Of a stretch of DNA of 64,000 bases, positions 1 through 11,063 are shown piece by piece. The notes under the pieces are model-generated. The model searched no databases and was not told where the DNA came from. It saw nothing but the letters and a program-made list of their open reading frames with translations. The position numbers and the translations under genes are program-made. The stretch lies in the NCBI GenBank assembly GCA_030746775.1, contig JASLLZ010000008.1, positions 1,062 to 65,061 of the forward strand, in the 5' to 3' direction. Origin of the DNA: Rhodospirillales bacterium. GTDB lineage: Bacteria; Pseudomonadota; Alphaproteobacteria; Rhodospirillales; JASLLZ01. Each line of letters begins with the position of its first letter. Position 1 is the first letter of the stretch.

Positions 1-956
1 CCTCGGTGCGCAGTTACCGCGATCTGCCCCAGTTGCTCTATCACATCCAGTGGAAGTTCCGCGACGAAGTGCGGCCGCGCTTCGGCGTCATGCGCGGGCG
101 TGAATTCCTGATGAAGGACAGCTACTCGTTCGACCTCGACTACGAGGCCGCCAAACGGTCCTACAACAAGATGTTCATCGCCTATCTGCGCACCTTCGAG
201 CGCATGGGTTTGAAAGCCATTCCCATGCGCGCCGACAGCGGCCCGATCGGCGGCGACATGAGCCACGAATTCGTCATCCTGGCCGAAACCGGCGAAAGCG
301 AGGTGGGCTGTCACCGTGACTTCATCGACATGGATTGGATAAGCTCCGACATCGGCTATGAAGACGACCTGCAACCCCTCGTCGACGGCTTTACCGCCAA
401 GTACGCCGCCACCGACGACCAACGTGATGGGGAACAGGAAAAAGCTCTGGGCGACGACCTGGTCGTTGGACGCGGCATCGAGGTCGGCCATATCTTTCAT
501 TTCGGCAACAAGTATTCCAAGGCCATGAACGCCCTGGTCACCGGTCCCGACGGCGCGGATGTCGCCGTCGAGATGGGATCCTACGGAATAGGAGTGTCGC
601 GCCTGGTCGGCGCCATCATCGAAGCCTTCCACGACGACGATGGCATCATTTGGCCGGAACCCGTGGCCCCGTTCCGCGTCGGCCTGATCAATATCAAGGT
701 CGGCGACGATGCTTGCGCCGAGGCCTGCGGAAATCTATACGAGGCCCTGCAAGCCGGTGGCGTCGAGGTACTTTACGACGACCGCGACCTGCGCCCGGGG
801 GTCAAGTTCGCCGGCATGGACCTGATTGGGCTACCGTGGCAGGTAGTGGTCGGGCCGCGCGGCCTCAAGAACGGCCTCGTCGAGCTTAAGGAACGCAAGA
901 CCGGCGAACGCCAGGAACTGAGCATCGAGTCCGTTCTCGCGCGCCTCGCCACCTGA
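1..956 (+). CDS. proS: Prolyl-tRNA synthetase, C-terminal part (5' end lies outside the window)
   Basis: The frame of ORF 6..956 is open to the window edge. Class II aaRS core motif [25 protein letters not shown], followed by an anticodon-binding C-terminus. Confidence 0.9.
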   Translation, partial: SVRSYRDLPQLLYHIQWKFRDEVRPRFGVMRGREFLMKDSYSFDLDYEAAKRSYNKMFIAYLRTFERMGLKAIPMRADSGPIGGDMSHEFVILAETGESEVGCHRDFIDMDWISSDIGYEDDLQPLVDGFTAKYAATDDQRDGEQEKALGDDLVVGRGIEVGHIFHFGNKYSKAMNALVTGPDGADVAVEMGSYGIGVSRLVGAIIEAFHDDDGIIWPEPVAPFRVGLINIKVGDDACAEACGNLYEALQAGGVEVLYDDRDLRPGVKFAGMDLIGLPWQVVVGPRGLKNGLVELKERKTGERQELSIESVLARLAT

Positions 957-991
957 ACCGCGATGACGACGCCAGCGGAGGTGGACTGACG

Positions 992-2236
992 GTGTTTTCC
1001 TTCTTCGAGAGAATGGTGGCCATGCGCTATTTGCGCTCGCGCCGCCGTGAAGGTTTCATCTCCTTCATCACCTGGATGTCGCTTCTCGGCATCGCGCTCG
1101 GCGTCGCCACGCTGATAATCGTGATGGCGGTGATGAACGGCTTTCGCCACGAACTCCTAAGCCGCATCTTGGGACTCAACGGCCACCTCAGCGTCTATGG
1201 GACCCTCAACGCGATGAGCGACTTCGACCCCATGGCCGAAAAGGTGCGCGGCGTTCCCGGCGTGGTTTCCGTCACTCCGGTCATCGAGGGCCAGGTGATG
1301 GCGACGGCGCGCGGCGTCGCCCGTGGCGCCGTGGTGCGCGGCGCCCGCCCGGCCGACTTGGCGGCGCGTCCCCTCATCGCCGACAACATCATATCGGGTT
1401 CGCTGGCCGATTTCGGCGGCGCTGACACCGTGCTCGTCGGCCAGCGCCTGGCCAATCGCCTGGGCCTGACGGTGGGCGATGCGATCACCCTGATCTCGCC
1501 GCAAGGCACCGCCACCGCCTTTGGCACCGTGCCGCGCCTGCGCTCGTACCGCATCGCGGCGACCTTCGAAATCGGCATGTACGAATACGATTCAAGCTTC
1601 GTCTTCATGCCTCTGTCGGCGGCCCAGCTGTATTTTAGAATGCCCGATGCGGTGTCGTATCTGGAGGTCATGATCGACGACGCCGAGCAGACGCGCGAGC
1701 GCGCCGCCGAGGTTGCCCAGGCGCTCGGCGGGCGGCGGCGTATTCACGACTGGCAACAATCCAACGCCAGTTTCTTCAACGCCATCCAGGTCGAACGCAA
1801 CGTCATGTTCCTGATCCTGACGCTGATCATCGTGGTGGCGGCGTTCAACATCGTCTCCAGCATGATCATGCTGGTCAAGGACAAGGGCCGCGACATCGCC
1901 ATCCTCAGGACCATGGGCGCTACGCGCGGCATGATCATGCGCATCTTCCTTCTCAGCGGTGCCAGCGTCGGCGTTATCGGTACTTTGTTGGGCTTTACCT
2001 TGGGTCTCGCCTTTGCGCTCAACATCGAAACCATTCGCCGGTGGATCGAGGGCCTGACCAACACCGAGCTGTTCGCCGCCGAGATCTACTTCCTGTCTCA
2101 CCTGCCGGCTAAGATCGATCCGACCGAGGTGGCGGCGGTGGTGGTCATGGGATTGGGACTGTCGTTTCTCGCCACGCTCTATCCGTCGTGGCGCGCGGCG
2201 CGCATCGACCCGGTCGAGGCCCTGCGCTATGAGTGA
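992..2236 (+). CDS. Lipoprotein-releasing ABC transporter permease, LolC/LolE family
   Basis: 414 aa. N-terminal TM helix with MRYLRSRRREGFIS...VMNGF, a large periplasmic domain and a C-terminal FtsX-type TM bundle. Lies immediately upstream of lolD; GGAGG sits about 12 nt before the GTG start. Confidence 0.85.
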   Translation: MFSFFERMVAMRYLRSRRREGFISFITWMSLLGIALGVATLIIVMAVMNGFRHELLSRILGLNGHLSVYGTLNAMSDFDPMAEKVRGVPGVVSVTPVIEGQVMATARGVARGAVVRGARPADLAARPLIADNIISGSLADFGGADTVLVGQRLANRLGLTVGDAITLISPQGTATAFGTVPRLRSYRIAATFEIGMYEYDSSFVFMPLSAAQLYFRMPDAVSYLEVMIDDAEQTRERAAEVAQALGGRRRIHDWQQSNASFFNAIQVERNVMFLILTLIIVVAAFNIVSSMIMLVKDKGRDIAILRTMGATRGMIMRIFLLSGASVGVIGTLLGFTLGLAFALNIETIRRWIEGLTNTELFAAEIYFLSHLPAKIDPTEVAAVVVMGLGLSFLATLYPSWRAARIDPVEALRYE

Positions 2237-2245
2237 GCACCGGCC

Positions 2246-2926
2246 ATGAACGATGTCGTACTGAAACTTTCCGGCGTGGAGCGGACGTATCGTCAGGGCC
2301 GCGTCGACCTGGAGGTCCTGCGCGGTATCGACCTAGAAGTGCGAGCCGGCGAGATCGTCGCCCTGGTCGGGCCGTCGGGCGCCGGCAAGTCGACCTTGCT
2401 GCACGTCGCCGGGCTGTTGGAACCCCCGGACGGCGGCGAGGTTACGATCAGCGGCGAGGCCGCCGGCGCCCTCAACGACGACGGCCGCACGCGGCTGCGC
2501 CGCCACAACATTGGTTTCGTCTATCAATACCATCATCTGTTGCCTGAATTCTCGGCGCTCGAGAACATCGTCGTGCCTCAGATGATTGCTGGACTGGGGC
2601 TCCGCAAGGCGCGTTCGCGGGCCGGGGAGTTGTTGAAAAGCCTGGGCCTAAGCAAGCGCCGCAATCACCGTCCCGGCAAACTTTCGGGCGGCGAGCAGCA
2701 GAGGGTGGCCATCGCCCGCGCCTTGGCCAACGTACCCCGGCTTCTGCTTGCCGACGAACCGACGGGCAACCTGGATCCGACAACGGCGGCCGGGGTCTTT
2801 TCGGTGCTTTTGCAACTGGCGCGCGGCGCCGGCCTGGCTGGCGTGGTCGCCACCCATAACCCCACCCTGGCGGCCTCCCTCGACCGCACGCTTCGCCTGG
2901 AAGGCGGCGTCCTGATAGCGGAGTAG
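2246..2926 (+). CDS. lolD: Lipoprotein-releasing system ATP-binding protein
   Basis: Walker [10 protein letters not shown], signature [15 protein letters not shown], Walker [13 protein letters not shown]. Starts 10 nt after the permease gene. Confidence 0.9.
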   Translation: MNDVVLKLSGVERTYRQGRVDLEVLRGIDLEVRAGEIVALVGPSGAGKSTLLHVAGLLEPPDGGEVTISGEAAGALNDDGRTRLRRHNIGFVYQYHHLLPEFSALENIVVPQMIAGLGLRKARSRAGELLKSLGLSKRRNHRPGKLSGGEQQRVAIARALANVPRLLLADEPTGNLDPTTAAGVFSVLLQLARGAGLAGVVATHNPTLAASLDRTLRLEGGVLIAE

Positions 2927-3063
2927 GGGGGCTCGGCGTCCCTTGCCATGGCGCTTTGATCGGCCGCTCCCTGTGGGTAAGGATCGATTTCTTGGGGATA
3001 AGTCTCAATCACGCACTGACACGGGGGCGGGGCTGTGAAATCCTGTCTTAATACCAAGGGTCA

Positions 3064-6000
3064 GTGATGATGCCCCACGCCGATTTCGTTCACTTGCGCG
3101 TCCACTCCGCCTATTCCCTCCTTGAAGGGGCAATCCGCATCGGGGATCTGGTGGCGAAGTGCGGCGCCGAAAGTATGCCGGCGGTGGCAATCACGGACAC
3201 CGACAACCTGTTCGGGGCGCTCGAATTCTCATCGGCCTCGGCGGCCGGGGGCATCCAGCCGATCATCGGTTGCCAGTTGAGCCTCGCCCCCGACGGAGCG
3301 GAAGAATTGCGCCCCGGCGCGCGCAATGGTGGACACAAGGCGCCGGCCGTCCTGATCGTCGTGGTCCAGAACGAAACCGGCTATGCCAACCTTTTGAAAC
3401 TGGTCTCGAGCGCCTATCTCGATGTCGACGACGCCAGCCGGCCCCAGGTGCCGTTGTCGGTCGTCGAGGCGCATGCCGAAGGCCTGATCGCCCTCACCGG
3501 CGGGGCGGCCGGTCCTGTCGGGCGCCACCTGACCGACGGCCAGGGGGAAAAGGCGGAGGCGGCACTCCTGCGTCTGGCGGCGGCATTTCCCGGCCGCCTT
3601 TACGTCGAAGTGTCGCGTCACGGCCTGGATGGCGAGGCGGCGATCGAGCCGGCCCTGATCGACCTGGCCTACCGTCACGATCTTCCCCTGGTCGCCACCA
3701 ACGAGGCCTTCTTCATCGATGCCGAGATGTTCGAGGCCCACGACGCCCTGCTTTGCGTCGCCGAGAACCGCTATGTCTCCCAGAACGACCGGCGGCGTCT
3801 CAACGCTGAATTTCGGTTCAAGTCGGCGGCCGAGATGCGCCAACTCTTCGCCGATCTGCCCGAGGCCCTCGACAACACCGTCGTCATCGCCCGACGCTGC
3901 GCCTTCATGGCCGAAACCCGCGAGCCCATCTTGCCACCCTATGCGACGGTTGAAGGGCTCAGCGAGGCCGAGGAATTGCGCCGCCAGGCCCAAGACGGAT
4001 TGGAGCGGCGCTTGACGGCGCAAGCGCTCGGCCCCGACACCTCGGCCGAGGAGCGCGAGAAGCGGGCGCGGCCCTACCGCGAGCGCCTGGACTACGAGCT
4101 TGGCGTCATTGTCGAAATGGGGTTCGCCGGCTACTTCCTGATCGTTTCCGAATTCATCCGCTGGGCCAAGGAACATGGCATTCCGGTGGGGCCGGGCCGC
4201 GGTTCGGGGGCCGGTTCGGTGGTCGCCTGGTCGCTGACCATCACCGATCTGGATCCTCTGCGCTTTGGGCTTTTGTTCGAACGCTTCCTTAATCCGGAGC
4301 GGGTGTCGATGCCTGACTTCGACATCGATTTTTGCCAGGACCGCCGCGACGAGGTCATCCGCCACGTCCAGGACAAGTACGGCGCCGACCGGGTCGCCCA
4401 GATCATCACCTTCGGCAAGCTTCAGGCCCGCGCCGTCCTGCGCGACGTGGGCCGGGTATTGGAGATGCCCTATCCGCAGGTCGACCGCATCTGCAAGCTG
4501 GTCCCCAACAACCCGGCCAATCCGGTGACCCTGGATCAGGCCATCGCCGGCGAGCCGCAGCTCCAACAAATGGTTGCCGACGAACCGGCGGTGGAGCGGC
4601 TGATCGGCTTTGCGCGCCAGTTGGAGGGTCTCTACCGTCACGCCTCGACCCACGCCGCCGGCGTGGTCATCGGCGACCGGCGGCTCGACGAACTTGTGCC
4701 CCTCTATCGCGATCCGCGTTCCACCACGCCGGTCACCGGCTTCAATATGAAGTATGTCGAGCAGGCGGGCTTGGTGAAATTCGACTTTCTCGGCCTCAAG
4801 ACCCTCACCGTGCTGTCCACCGCCGTCGGGCTGTTGGGCGCACGGGGGGTCGAGTTGGACCTGGCCGAGCTTCCCCTCGACGATGTCGCCACCTTTAAGA
4901 TGATCGAAAGCGGCGACACCACCGGCATCTTCCAGTTGGAAAGCTCGGGCATGCGCGATGTCCTGCGCAAGCTTCGCCCCGACACCTTCGAAGACATCAT
5001 CGCCGTGGTGGCGCTCTATCGCCCGGGACCGATGGACAACATCCCCAGTTACATCCGCCGCAAGCACGGCGAGGAAACGCCGGACTATCTCTATCCGAAC
5101 CTAAAGGGCATCCTCGAAGAGACCTTCGGCATCATGATCTATCAAGAACAGGTCATGCAGATCGCCCAGGAATTGGCTGGTTTCAGCCTGGGCAAAGCCG
5201 ATCTTCTGCGCCGCGCCATGGGCAAGAAGATCAAGGCGGAGATGGACGAACAGCGCCAGGCCTTCGTCGACGGCGCCACCGCGCGAGGCGTGCCCGAGGG
5301 TAAGGCGGCGAACATTTTTGAACTGGTGGCCAAGTTCGCCGGTTACGGCTTCAACAAATCCCATGCCGCGGCCTATGCCCTGGTCGCCTACCAAACCGCT
5401 TACCTCAAGGCCAATTATCCGGTTGAATTCCTTGCCGCCTCGATGACGCTCGACATCAACAACACCGACAAGCTCAACGTCTTCAACCAGGAACTGAGCC
5501 ACCTGGGCATCGCGCTCCTGCCGCCCGACATCAACGCCTCGGCGGCAACCTTCACGGTCGGAATCGATAGTGCCGGGGCGCCCGGTATCCGCTATGCCCT
5601 CGGCGCCCTCAAGAACGTCGGCGCCGGCGCCATGGAGGCCCTGGTCGGCGAACGCCAGGCCACCGGCCCGTTCAAGGACATGGACGACTTTGCCCGTCGC
5701 CTGGACGCCCGCGCCGTCAACAAGCGCCAGTTGGAGAACTTGGTGCGGGCCGGTGTCTTCGACAATCTGAACCCGAACCGCAAGCAGCTATTCGAAGCGG
5801 TCGAAACCTTGCTCCGTCAGGCCAGCGCCGCCGCCGATGACCGCGACAGCGGCCAAATCGGCTTGTTCGGCGAGACCTCCCTGCCGGCCGATACGTTGCG
5901 GCTCTGCGAAACGGCGGACTGGCCCCGCCTCGAACGCCTGAGAGAAGAGCTCGACGCCGTCGGGTTCTACCTGTCGGGCCATCCCCTGGACGCTTACGCC

Positions 6001-6555
6001 AAGAGTCTCAAGCGTGCCAAGGCGCGCTCCTACGCCGAGGTGGTGGGAGACGGCCACTCCGGCCCCGTCACCTTGGCGGGAACGGTCAACGCCAAGAGAC
6101 TGCGGACATCCAAGACAGGCAGCCGCTTCGCCTTCGTGCAGCTTTCCGACACCTCGGGCATGTTCGAGTTGACCGTGTTCTCCGAGGTGCTGGGCAGCTG
6201 CGCCGAGGCGCTGGAGGTCGGCAGCTCTATTCTCGTCAAGGCCACGGCGCAGTTCGAAGGCGAGGCGGTGCGTCTGACGGCGCTTGCGGTCGAATCCCTC
6301 GACAACTATACGGCCCGTACCGCCGAGGGCCTGAGAGTGGTCCTCCGCAGCGCCGAACCGCTGGCCCCGCTGCAACGCATGTTGGCGGACCAAGGGGGAG
6401 GTCGGAACGGCGCCCAAGGCCGGGTGACGGTGGTTTCGCGGCTCGACGACCTGACCGAGGTGGAAATTGGCCTGCCCGGGCGCTACGTCGTCTCGCCGGC
6501 CGTCCTGCGGGCGCTGCAGGCCATTCCCGGCGTCGTCGCCGTGGAGGAAACCTGA
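3064..6555 (+). CDS. dnaE: DNA polymerase III alpha subunit
   Basis: 1163 aa. PHP domain FVHLRVHSAYSLLEGA, polymerase core GSGAGSVVAWSLTITDLDP and PDFDIDF, OB-fold C-terminus. The start could be GTG 3064 or ATG 3067. Confidence 0.95.
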   Translation: MMMPHADFVHLRVHSAYSLLEGAIRIGDLVAKCGAESMPAVAITDTDNLFGALEFSSASAAGGIQPIIGCQLSLAPDGAEELRPGARNGGHKAPAVLIVVVQNETGYANLLKLVSSAYLDVDDASRPQVPLSVVEAHAEGLIALTGGAAGPVGRHLTDGQGEKAEAALLRLAAAFPGRLYVEVSRHGLDGEAAIEPALIDLAYRHDLPLVATNEAFFIDAEMFEAHDALLCVAENRYVSQNDRRRLNAEFRFKSAAEMRQLFADLPEALDNTVVIARRCAFMAETREPILPPYATVEGLSEAEELRRQAQDGLERRLTAQALGPDTSAEEREKRARPYRERLDYELGVIVEMGFAGYFLIVSEFIRWAKEHGIPVGPGRGSGAGSVVAWSLTITDLDPLRFGLLFERFLNPERVSMPDFDIDFCQDRRDEVIRHVQDKYGADRVAQIITFGKLQARAVLRDVGRVLEMPYPQVDRICKLVPNNPANPVTLDQAIAGEPQLQQMVADEPAVERLIGFARQLEGLYRHASTHAAGVVIGDRRLDELVPLYRDPRSTTPVTGFNMKYVEQAGLVKFDFLGLKTLTVLSTAVGLLGARGVELDLAELPLDDVATFKMIESGDTTGIFQLESSGMRDVLRKLRPDTFEDIIAVVALYRPGPMDNIPSYIRRKHGEETPDYLYPNLKGILEETFGIMIYQEQVMQIAQELAGFSLGKADLLRRAMGKKIKAEMDEQRQAFVDGATARGVPEGKAANIFELVAKFAGYGFNKSHAAAYALVAYQTAYLKANYPVEFLAASMTLDINNTDKLNVFNQELSHLGIALLPPDINASAATFTVGIDSAGAPGIRYALGALKNVGAGAMEALVGERQATGPFKDMDDFARRLDARAVNKRQLENLVRAGVFDNLNPNRKQLFEAVETLLRQASAAADDRDSGQIGLFGETSLPADTLRLCETADWPRLERLREELDAVGFYLSGHPLDAYAKSLKRAKARSYAEVVGDGHSGPVTLAGTVNAKRLRTSKTGSRFAFVQLSDTSGMFELTVFSEVLGSCAEALEVGSSILVKATAQFEGEAVRLTALAVESLDNYTARTAEGLRVVLRSAEPLAPLQRMLADQGGGRNGAQGRVTVVSRLDDLTEVEIGLPGRYVVSPAVLRALQAIPGVVAVEET

Positions 6556-6749
6556 ACACCCGGTCATTGCCGGCCTTTTTCCTTGCAAGTCGTGGCGCGG
6601 GAGGCTAACACTCGGCGCGTTAAATTCACACGCGGGCCTGCGGCCGCCGGAAACCCTACCCGGATGGCTGTTCCGGTGCCCAATCCCGACCCCGGACGGG
6701 CGGGATGGGGCGATGCCCGCGGAGGTTCAACCGGAGAAAGGAACGTATC

Positions 6750-7892
6750 GTGGCTTTGCCAACCTTTACCATGCGCCAGCTTCTGGAAGCCGGCGTGCAC
6801 TTTGGGCATCGGACGCGGCGCTGGAACCCAAAAATGGCGCCCTACCTGTTCGGGGTGCGCAAAGACATCCACATCATCGATCTGCAGCAGACGGTGCCGC
6901 TTCTTCACCGCGCCATGGTGGCGGTCCGCGATATCGTCGCCGGCGGCGGGCGGGTGCTGTTCGTCGGCACCAAGCGCCAGGCCTCGGATCAAATCGCCGA
7001 GGCGGCCAAGCGCTGCGGTCAGTACTACGTCAATCATCGCTGGCTCGGCGGCATGATGACGAACTGGCGAACGATTTCGAATTCGATCAAACGGCTGCGC
7101 GACGTCGAGGAACAATTGACCGAAGACGGCGTCGGCGGCCTGACCAAGAAAGAGACGCTTCGCCTGCACCGCGAGCGGGACCGCTTGGACCGGGCGCTCG
7201 GCGGTATTAAGGAGATGGGTGGACTGCCCGACGTGTTGTTCGTTGTCGACACCAACCGCGAGGACATCGCGGTGGCCGAGGCCAACAAGATCGGCATTCC
7301 GGTGGTCGGCGTCGTTGACAGCAATAGCAATCCAGCCGGCATCGACTATCCTATACCGGGCAACGACGATGCCATCCGCGCCATCCGTATTTATTGCGAA
7401 TTGGTGGCGGGATCGGTACTCGACGGTATCCAGGTGGAAATTACCGCCTCGGGCGGTGACGTGGGCGAAGGCGACGAGTCACCCGCCGAGGACCTTCCGG
7501 CCGCGGAAGGTGAGACCGTCGACAAGGATAAGGGCGGCGAAGCCCCCGCCGACGACGACGCGAAGAAAGACGATGCGGAGTCCGCCGAGGGGGCGGCCGG
7601 TGACGCGGTTGTTGCGCAAAAGGAGAAAGGCCGGCCCCAAGACTCTGCCGCCCAGGAACCCGCCGGCGATACCGCCGCGGCGGCCAAGGATGGCGCAAGC
7701 GCCAAGGCGAAAGCCCCTTCCGCCAAACAGGCCCAGCCTCCCAAAGACAAGCCCGCCGCCGAGGCAAAACCGAAAGACAAACCGGCCGCCGAGGCCGCGG
7801 CAAAGGACAAGCCCGCCGCCGAGGCAAAACCGAAAGACAAACCGGCCGCCGAGGCCGCGCCGGAGGCCGAAGCGGACAAGACGGAAGCGTAA
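6750..7892 (+). CDS. rpsB: 30S ribosomal protein S2 with a long low-complexity C-terminal extension
   Basis: S2 N-terminus (V)[31 protein letters not shown] at 6750 is preceded by GGAGAAAGGAA. The track ORF 6705 start is probably too far upstream. The conserved core ends near 7430 and is followed by about 150 aa of A/E/K/P/D-rich tail. Confidence 0.9.
   Translation: MALPTFTMRQLLEAGVHFGHRTRRWNPKMAPYLFGVRKDIHIIDLQQTVPLLHRAMVAVRDIVAGGGRVLFVGTKRQASDQIAEAAKRCGQYYVNHRWLGGMMTNWRTISNSIKRLRDVEEQLTEDGVGGLTKKETLRLHRERDRLDRALGGIKEMGGLPDVLFVVDTNREDIAVAEANKIGIPVVGVVDSNSNPAGIDYPIPGNDDAIRAIRIYCELVAGSVLDGIQVEITASGGDVGEGDESPAEDLPAAEGETVDKDKGGEAPADDDAKKDDAESAEGAAGDAVVAQKEKGRPQDSAAQEPAGDTAAAAKDGASAKAKAPSAKQAQPPKDKPAAEAKPKDKPAAEAAAKDKPAAEAKPKDKPAAEAAPEAEADKTEA
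7741..7860 (+). repeat. In-frame 60-bp tandem duplication (4 x 30-bp sub-units) inside the rpsB tail
   Basis: 7741-7800 and 7801-7860 are identical at 57 of 60 positions by my manual count. They encode [19 protein letters not shown](A/P) twice. Confidence 0.9.
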
Positions 7893-7992
7893 TCCATCGG
7901 GCGACGAGCGGCCACAACCGGAGTTCAAAGGCCTATTCTTTAGGTCATTAAAACAATAAGTTAACGAAGTTTATTAAGATAAAGGATCGGAA

Positions 7993-8922
7993 ATGACCGA
8001 GATCACTGCTGCTCGTGTCAAGGAGCTCCGCGATAAAACGGGGGCCGGCATGATGGACTGCAAGAAGGCGCTGACCGAAGCCGACGGCGATCTCGAGGCC
8101 GCCGTCGATTGGCTGCGCAAAAAGGGATTGTCGGCGGCGGCGAAAAAGGCCGGGCGAGCCGCGTCCGAGGGATTGGTCGGGGTCGCCGTTGCGGAAAATA
8201 GGGGCGCCGTGGTCGAAGTCAACGCCGAGACTGATTTTGTCGCCCGCAACGAAACGTTTCAGGAATTCGTCAATGGTGTCGCCCAACTGGCACTCGACGG
8301 GGCGATCGATGATATCGAGACCCTCAAGAAAACCGCCTATCGGGAAACGCGAAAAACGGTCGACGAACAGCTCACCGAACTGATCGCCACCGTCGGCGAA
8401 AATATGTCTTTGCACCGCGTCGCCGTGTTGTCCCCCAGTCCAGGCGTGGTGGCGTCCTATATGCACAATGCCCTGGCGCCGGGTCTGGGCAAGATCGGGG
8501 TTCTGATCGCCCTGGAAACCACGGCTCGCGCCGATCAGATGCAGGCGTTGGGCAAGCAGTTGGCGATGCACGTGGCGGCAACGGCGCCCCAGGCTATTTC
8601 GCGCGACACCATCGACGCCGCGCTTGTCGAACGCGAAAGGGCGGTATTGGCCGAACAGGCGCGGGCCAGCGGCAAGCCAGAGGAGATCGTCGAAAAAATG
8701 GTCGAAGGCCGGCTTAAACGCTACTTCGAGGAGGTCAGCCTTCTCGACCAGACCTACGTCATCGACGGAGAGCGCAAGATCGCCCAGGTTCTCGACGATG
8801 CCGCCAAGGAGGCCGGGGCGCCGATCGCCATTGCCGGTTTCTTGCGCTTCGCGCTTGGCGAAGGGATCGAGCGCAAGCACGAGGATTTTGCCAGCGAAGT
8901 GGCCTCGGTTCTCAAAAACTGA
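7993..8922 (+). CDS. tsf: Elongation factor Ts
   Basis: N-terminal UBA-like [24 protein letters not shown]. 309 aa. Lies directly after rpsB. Confidence 0.95.
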   Translation: MTEITAARVKELRDKTGAGMMDCKKALTEADGDLEAAVDWLRKKGLSAAAKKAGRAASEGLVGVAVAENRGAVVEVNAETDFVARNETFQEFVNGVAQLALDGAIDDIETLKKTAYRETRKTVDEQLTELIATVGENMSLHRVAVLSPSPGVVASYMHNALAPGLGKIGVLIALETTARADQMQALGKQLAMHVAATAPQAISRDTIDAALVERERAVLAEQARASGKPEEIVEKMVEGRLKRYFEEVSLLDQTYVIDGERKIAQVLDDAAKEAGAPIAIAGFLRFALGEGIERKHEDFASEVASVLKN

Positions 8923-9033
8923 CCGCCGGCGGTCGATGCGCCGAGCTTGTGCCTGGCAGGCAACGCTCGTTTGAAATATACAAAGACCGTTTGATGGCGG
9001 ATGGTGTATGATCCGGCGCGTCGGGGGAGGCCC

Positions 9034-9759
9034 ATGTCAAAAACACCAAAGTACCGACGGGTTCTTTTAAAGCTGTCGGGCGAGGGTTTGATGGGCGATC
9101 GGCCCTATGGTCTCAATCCGGAGACAGTGGAACGTATCGCCGATGAGATTATCGCCGTCTTCGAGATGGGCGTCCAAGTCTCCTTGGTCATCGGCGGCGG
9201 CAATATTTTTCGCGGCGTTTCCGCCGCCGCCGCCGGCATCGAGCGAACTAGCGCCGATTACATGGGAATGCTGGCCACCGTGATCAACGCCTTGGCCCTG
9301 CAAAGCGTCGTCGAACGCAAGGGCGCCCCGACCCGCGTCTTATCGGCCATTCCCTTGGCCACCGTGTGCGAGCCTTACATCCGCCGCCGGGCCATCCGCC
9401 ACATGGAGAAGGGACGGGTGGTGATTTTGGCCGCGGGTACCGGAAATCCGTTCTTCAGCACGGATACCGCGGCGGCCTTGCGGGCCGTGGAGATGGACTG
9501 TGAAGTGCTCCTGAAGGGGACCCAGGTTGACGGTGTCTACAGCGCCGACCCCAAAAAAGTGGCTGATGCGCAACGATTCGACGGGCTTACGTATCAAGAG
9601 GTGCTAAGCCGCAATCTAAAGGTGATGGACGCCTCCGCCATTGTTCTGGCGCGAGAAAACGATGTTCCCATTTTGGTGTTCTGTATTCAAAGTCCGGGGG
9701 CGTTCGCCGATGTCATCACCGGCACCGGCACCTACACCGAAATCAACGGAGGGGGCTAA
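9034..9759 (+). CDS. pyrH: UMP kinase
   Basis: [17 protein letters not shown] start (internal ATG of track ORF 9001). Amino-acid kinase fold motifs [10 protein letters not shown] and [17 protein letters not shown]. Confidence 0.92.
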   Translation: MSKTPKYRRVLLKLSGEGLMGDRPYGLNPETVERIADEIIAVFEMGVQVSLVIGGGNIFRGVSAAAAGIERTSADYMGMLATVINALALQSVVERKGAPTRVLSAIPLATVCEPYIRRRAIRHMEKGRVVILAAGTGNPFFSTDTAAALRAVEMDCEVLLKGTQVDGVYSADPKKVADAQRFDGLTYQEVLSRNLKVMDASAIVLARENDVPILVFCIQSPGAFADVITGTGTYTEINGGG

Positions 9760-9763
9760 GGTC

Positions 9764-10324
9764 ATGGATTTCGATGCCATTGCTAAGGATGTCCGGCGGC
9801 GCATGGAAGGGGCCGTCGAGGTGTTACACAAGGAATTCGCGGGATTGCGGACGGGGCGGGCCTCGACCAGCTTGCTGGAACCTTTGACGGTGGACGCCTA
9901 TGACACCCAGATGCCGATGAGCCAAGTGGGGACCCTCGGTGTCCCCGACCCGCGCATGCTGACGGTGCAGGTTTGGGACAAGGCCTTGGTCAAGGCGGTG
10001 GAGCGGGCCATATTGGAATCAGGACTGGGCCTCAATCCGTCGACGGAGGGACAAGTGATCCGGCTTCCGATTCCGTCATTGAGCGAAGAACGGCGCGCCG
10101 AACTGGCGAAAGTGGCGACCAAATACGCCGAGGAGTCCCGAATCGCCGTCAGAAACGTGCGCCGCCACGCAATGGACAACCTGAAACGGGCCGAAAAAGA
10201 TGGTGAGGTTTCCGAAGATGAGCACCACGACTATGCTCAGGAGATACAGAATCTGACCGACGAATACGTCAAGAAGATCGATGAGTCGGTCGAAAACAAG
10301 GAAAAGGAAATCATGCAGGTCTGA
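9764..10324 (+). CDS. frr: Ribosome recycling factor
   Basis: 186 aa from ATG 9764 ([19 protein letters not shown]...). LRTGRAS motif. The upstream part of track ORF 9641 overlaps pyrH and is not coding. Confidence 0.92.
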   Translation: MDFDAIAKDVRRRMEGAVEVLHKEFAGLRTGRASTSLLEPLTVDAYDTQMPMSQVGTLGVPDPRMLTVQVWDKALVKAVERAILESGLGLNPSTEGQVIRLPIPSLSEERRAELAKVATKYAEESRIAVRNVRRHAMDNLKRAEKDGEVSEDEHHDYAQEIQNLTDEYVKKIDESVENKEKEIMQV

Positions 10325-10328
10325 ACCG

Positions 10329-11063
10329 ATGAAGGCACTTTCGTTGCATAACCAGGCGCCGTCGCCGCCGGCCCATGTCGCCATCATCATGGATGGCAAC
10401 GGGCGTTGGGCCGGGGCACGCGGCCTGCCGCGCACCGCCGGCCACAAGCACGGCGCCGAGTCGGTCAAGCGCGCGGTGCGCAGTGCCGTCGAGATGGGGA
10501 TTTCCTTTCTCACGCTCTATGGGTTCTCGTCGGAGAACTGGAAGCGCCCCGAGGCCGAGGTCAACGACCTTATGGGACTGCTGCGTTTTTACCTTAGAAG
10601 CGAGATCGCTTCCTTGCATGAGCAAGGCGTCCGGTTTCGTGTCATCGGCGAGAGACAGCGCCTGGCCCCCGATATCGTAGCCTTGATCGAGGATGCGGAG
10701 AGACAGACCGCCGCCAACTGTATCCTGACCTTGGTCATTGCCCTCAGCTACGGCGGCCGCCGTGAAATTGCGCGGGCCGCCCAGGACCTCGTTCGCGAGG
10801 CGCAAAGCGGCGTCCTCAAGCCCGAGGACATCGATGAAAGGTCTTTCGAACGCCACCTGTTCACGGCCGGAATCCCCGATCCCGACCTTCTCATCCGAAC
10901 CAGCGGCGAGAAACGGATCAGCAACTTCCTCTTGTGGCAATTGGCCTATGCCGAATTCGTCTTTATCGATACGCTGTGGCCCGATTTTTCAAAGCAGGAC
11001 TTCCAGGCCGCGATCGAGGAATACCATGCACGTGAACGGCGCTATGGCGCATCCGGCGGATAA
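10329..11063 (+). CDS. uppS: Undecaprenyl diphosphate synthase (cis-prenyltransferase)
   Basis: HVAIIMDGNGRWA, ENWKRP, NFLLWQLAYAEF. ATG at 10329, 5 nt after the frr stop. Confidence 0.92.
   Translation: MKALSLHNQAPSPPAHVAIIMDGNGRWAGARGLPRTAGHKHGAESVKRAVRSAVEMGISFLTLYGFSSENWKRPEAEVNDLMGLLRFYLRSEIASLHEQGVRFRVIGERQRLAPDIVALIEDAERQTAANCILTLVIALSYGGRREIARAAQDLVREAQSGVLKPEDIDERSFERHLFTAGIPDPDLLIRTSGEKRISNFLLWQLAYAEFVFIDTLWPDFSKQDFQAAIEEYHARERRYGASGG

Noticed and set aside
3229-5067. 612-aa ORF antisense to dnaE. Similar long antisense ORFs: 22143..23501 opposite gltA, 36210..38096 opposite hyuA, 57426..59081 opposite tkt/fba, 39085..39969, 58933..60081 and 12102..13094.
   Set aside because: Their translations are Arg/Gly/Ala/Pro-rich with no recognisable motifs, and each lies exactly opposite a strongly supported conserved gene. 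This is typical stop-codon-poor shadow framing in high-GC DNA.
6556-6749. Structured rpsB leader or dnaE terminator (hairpin CCCAATCCCG...CGGGATGGGG near 6680-6712).
   Set aside because: It is a single imperfect hairpin. I do not know of an alphaproteobacterial S2 leader motif to compare with, so it is too weak to call.
7741-7860. Possible CRISPR or minisatellite array.
   Set aside because: There are only two 60-bp units, directly adjacent with no spacers, in frame inside rpsB. No cas genes are present anywhere in the window.
7219-7959. Several 150-250-aa ORFs in alternative frames and on the opposite strand over the rpsB tail (7219..7959 +, 7391..7915 -, 7441..7917 -, 7479..7928 -).
   Set aside because: They are products of the low-complexity GC-rich repeat region. 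They are Pro/Arg- or Ala/Ser-rich translations with no independent start signals.
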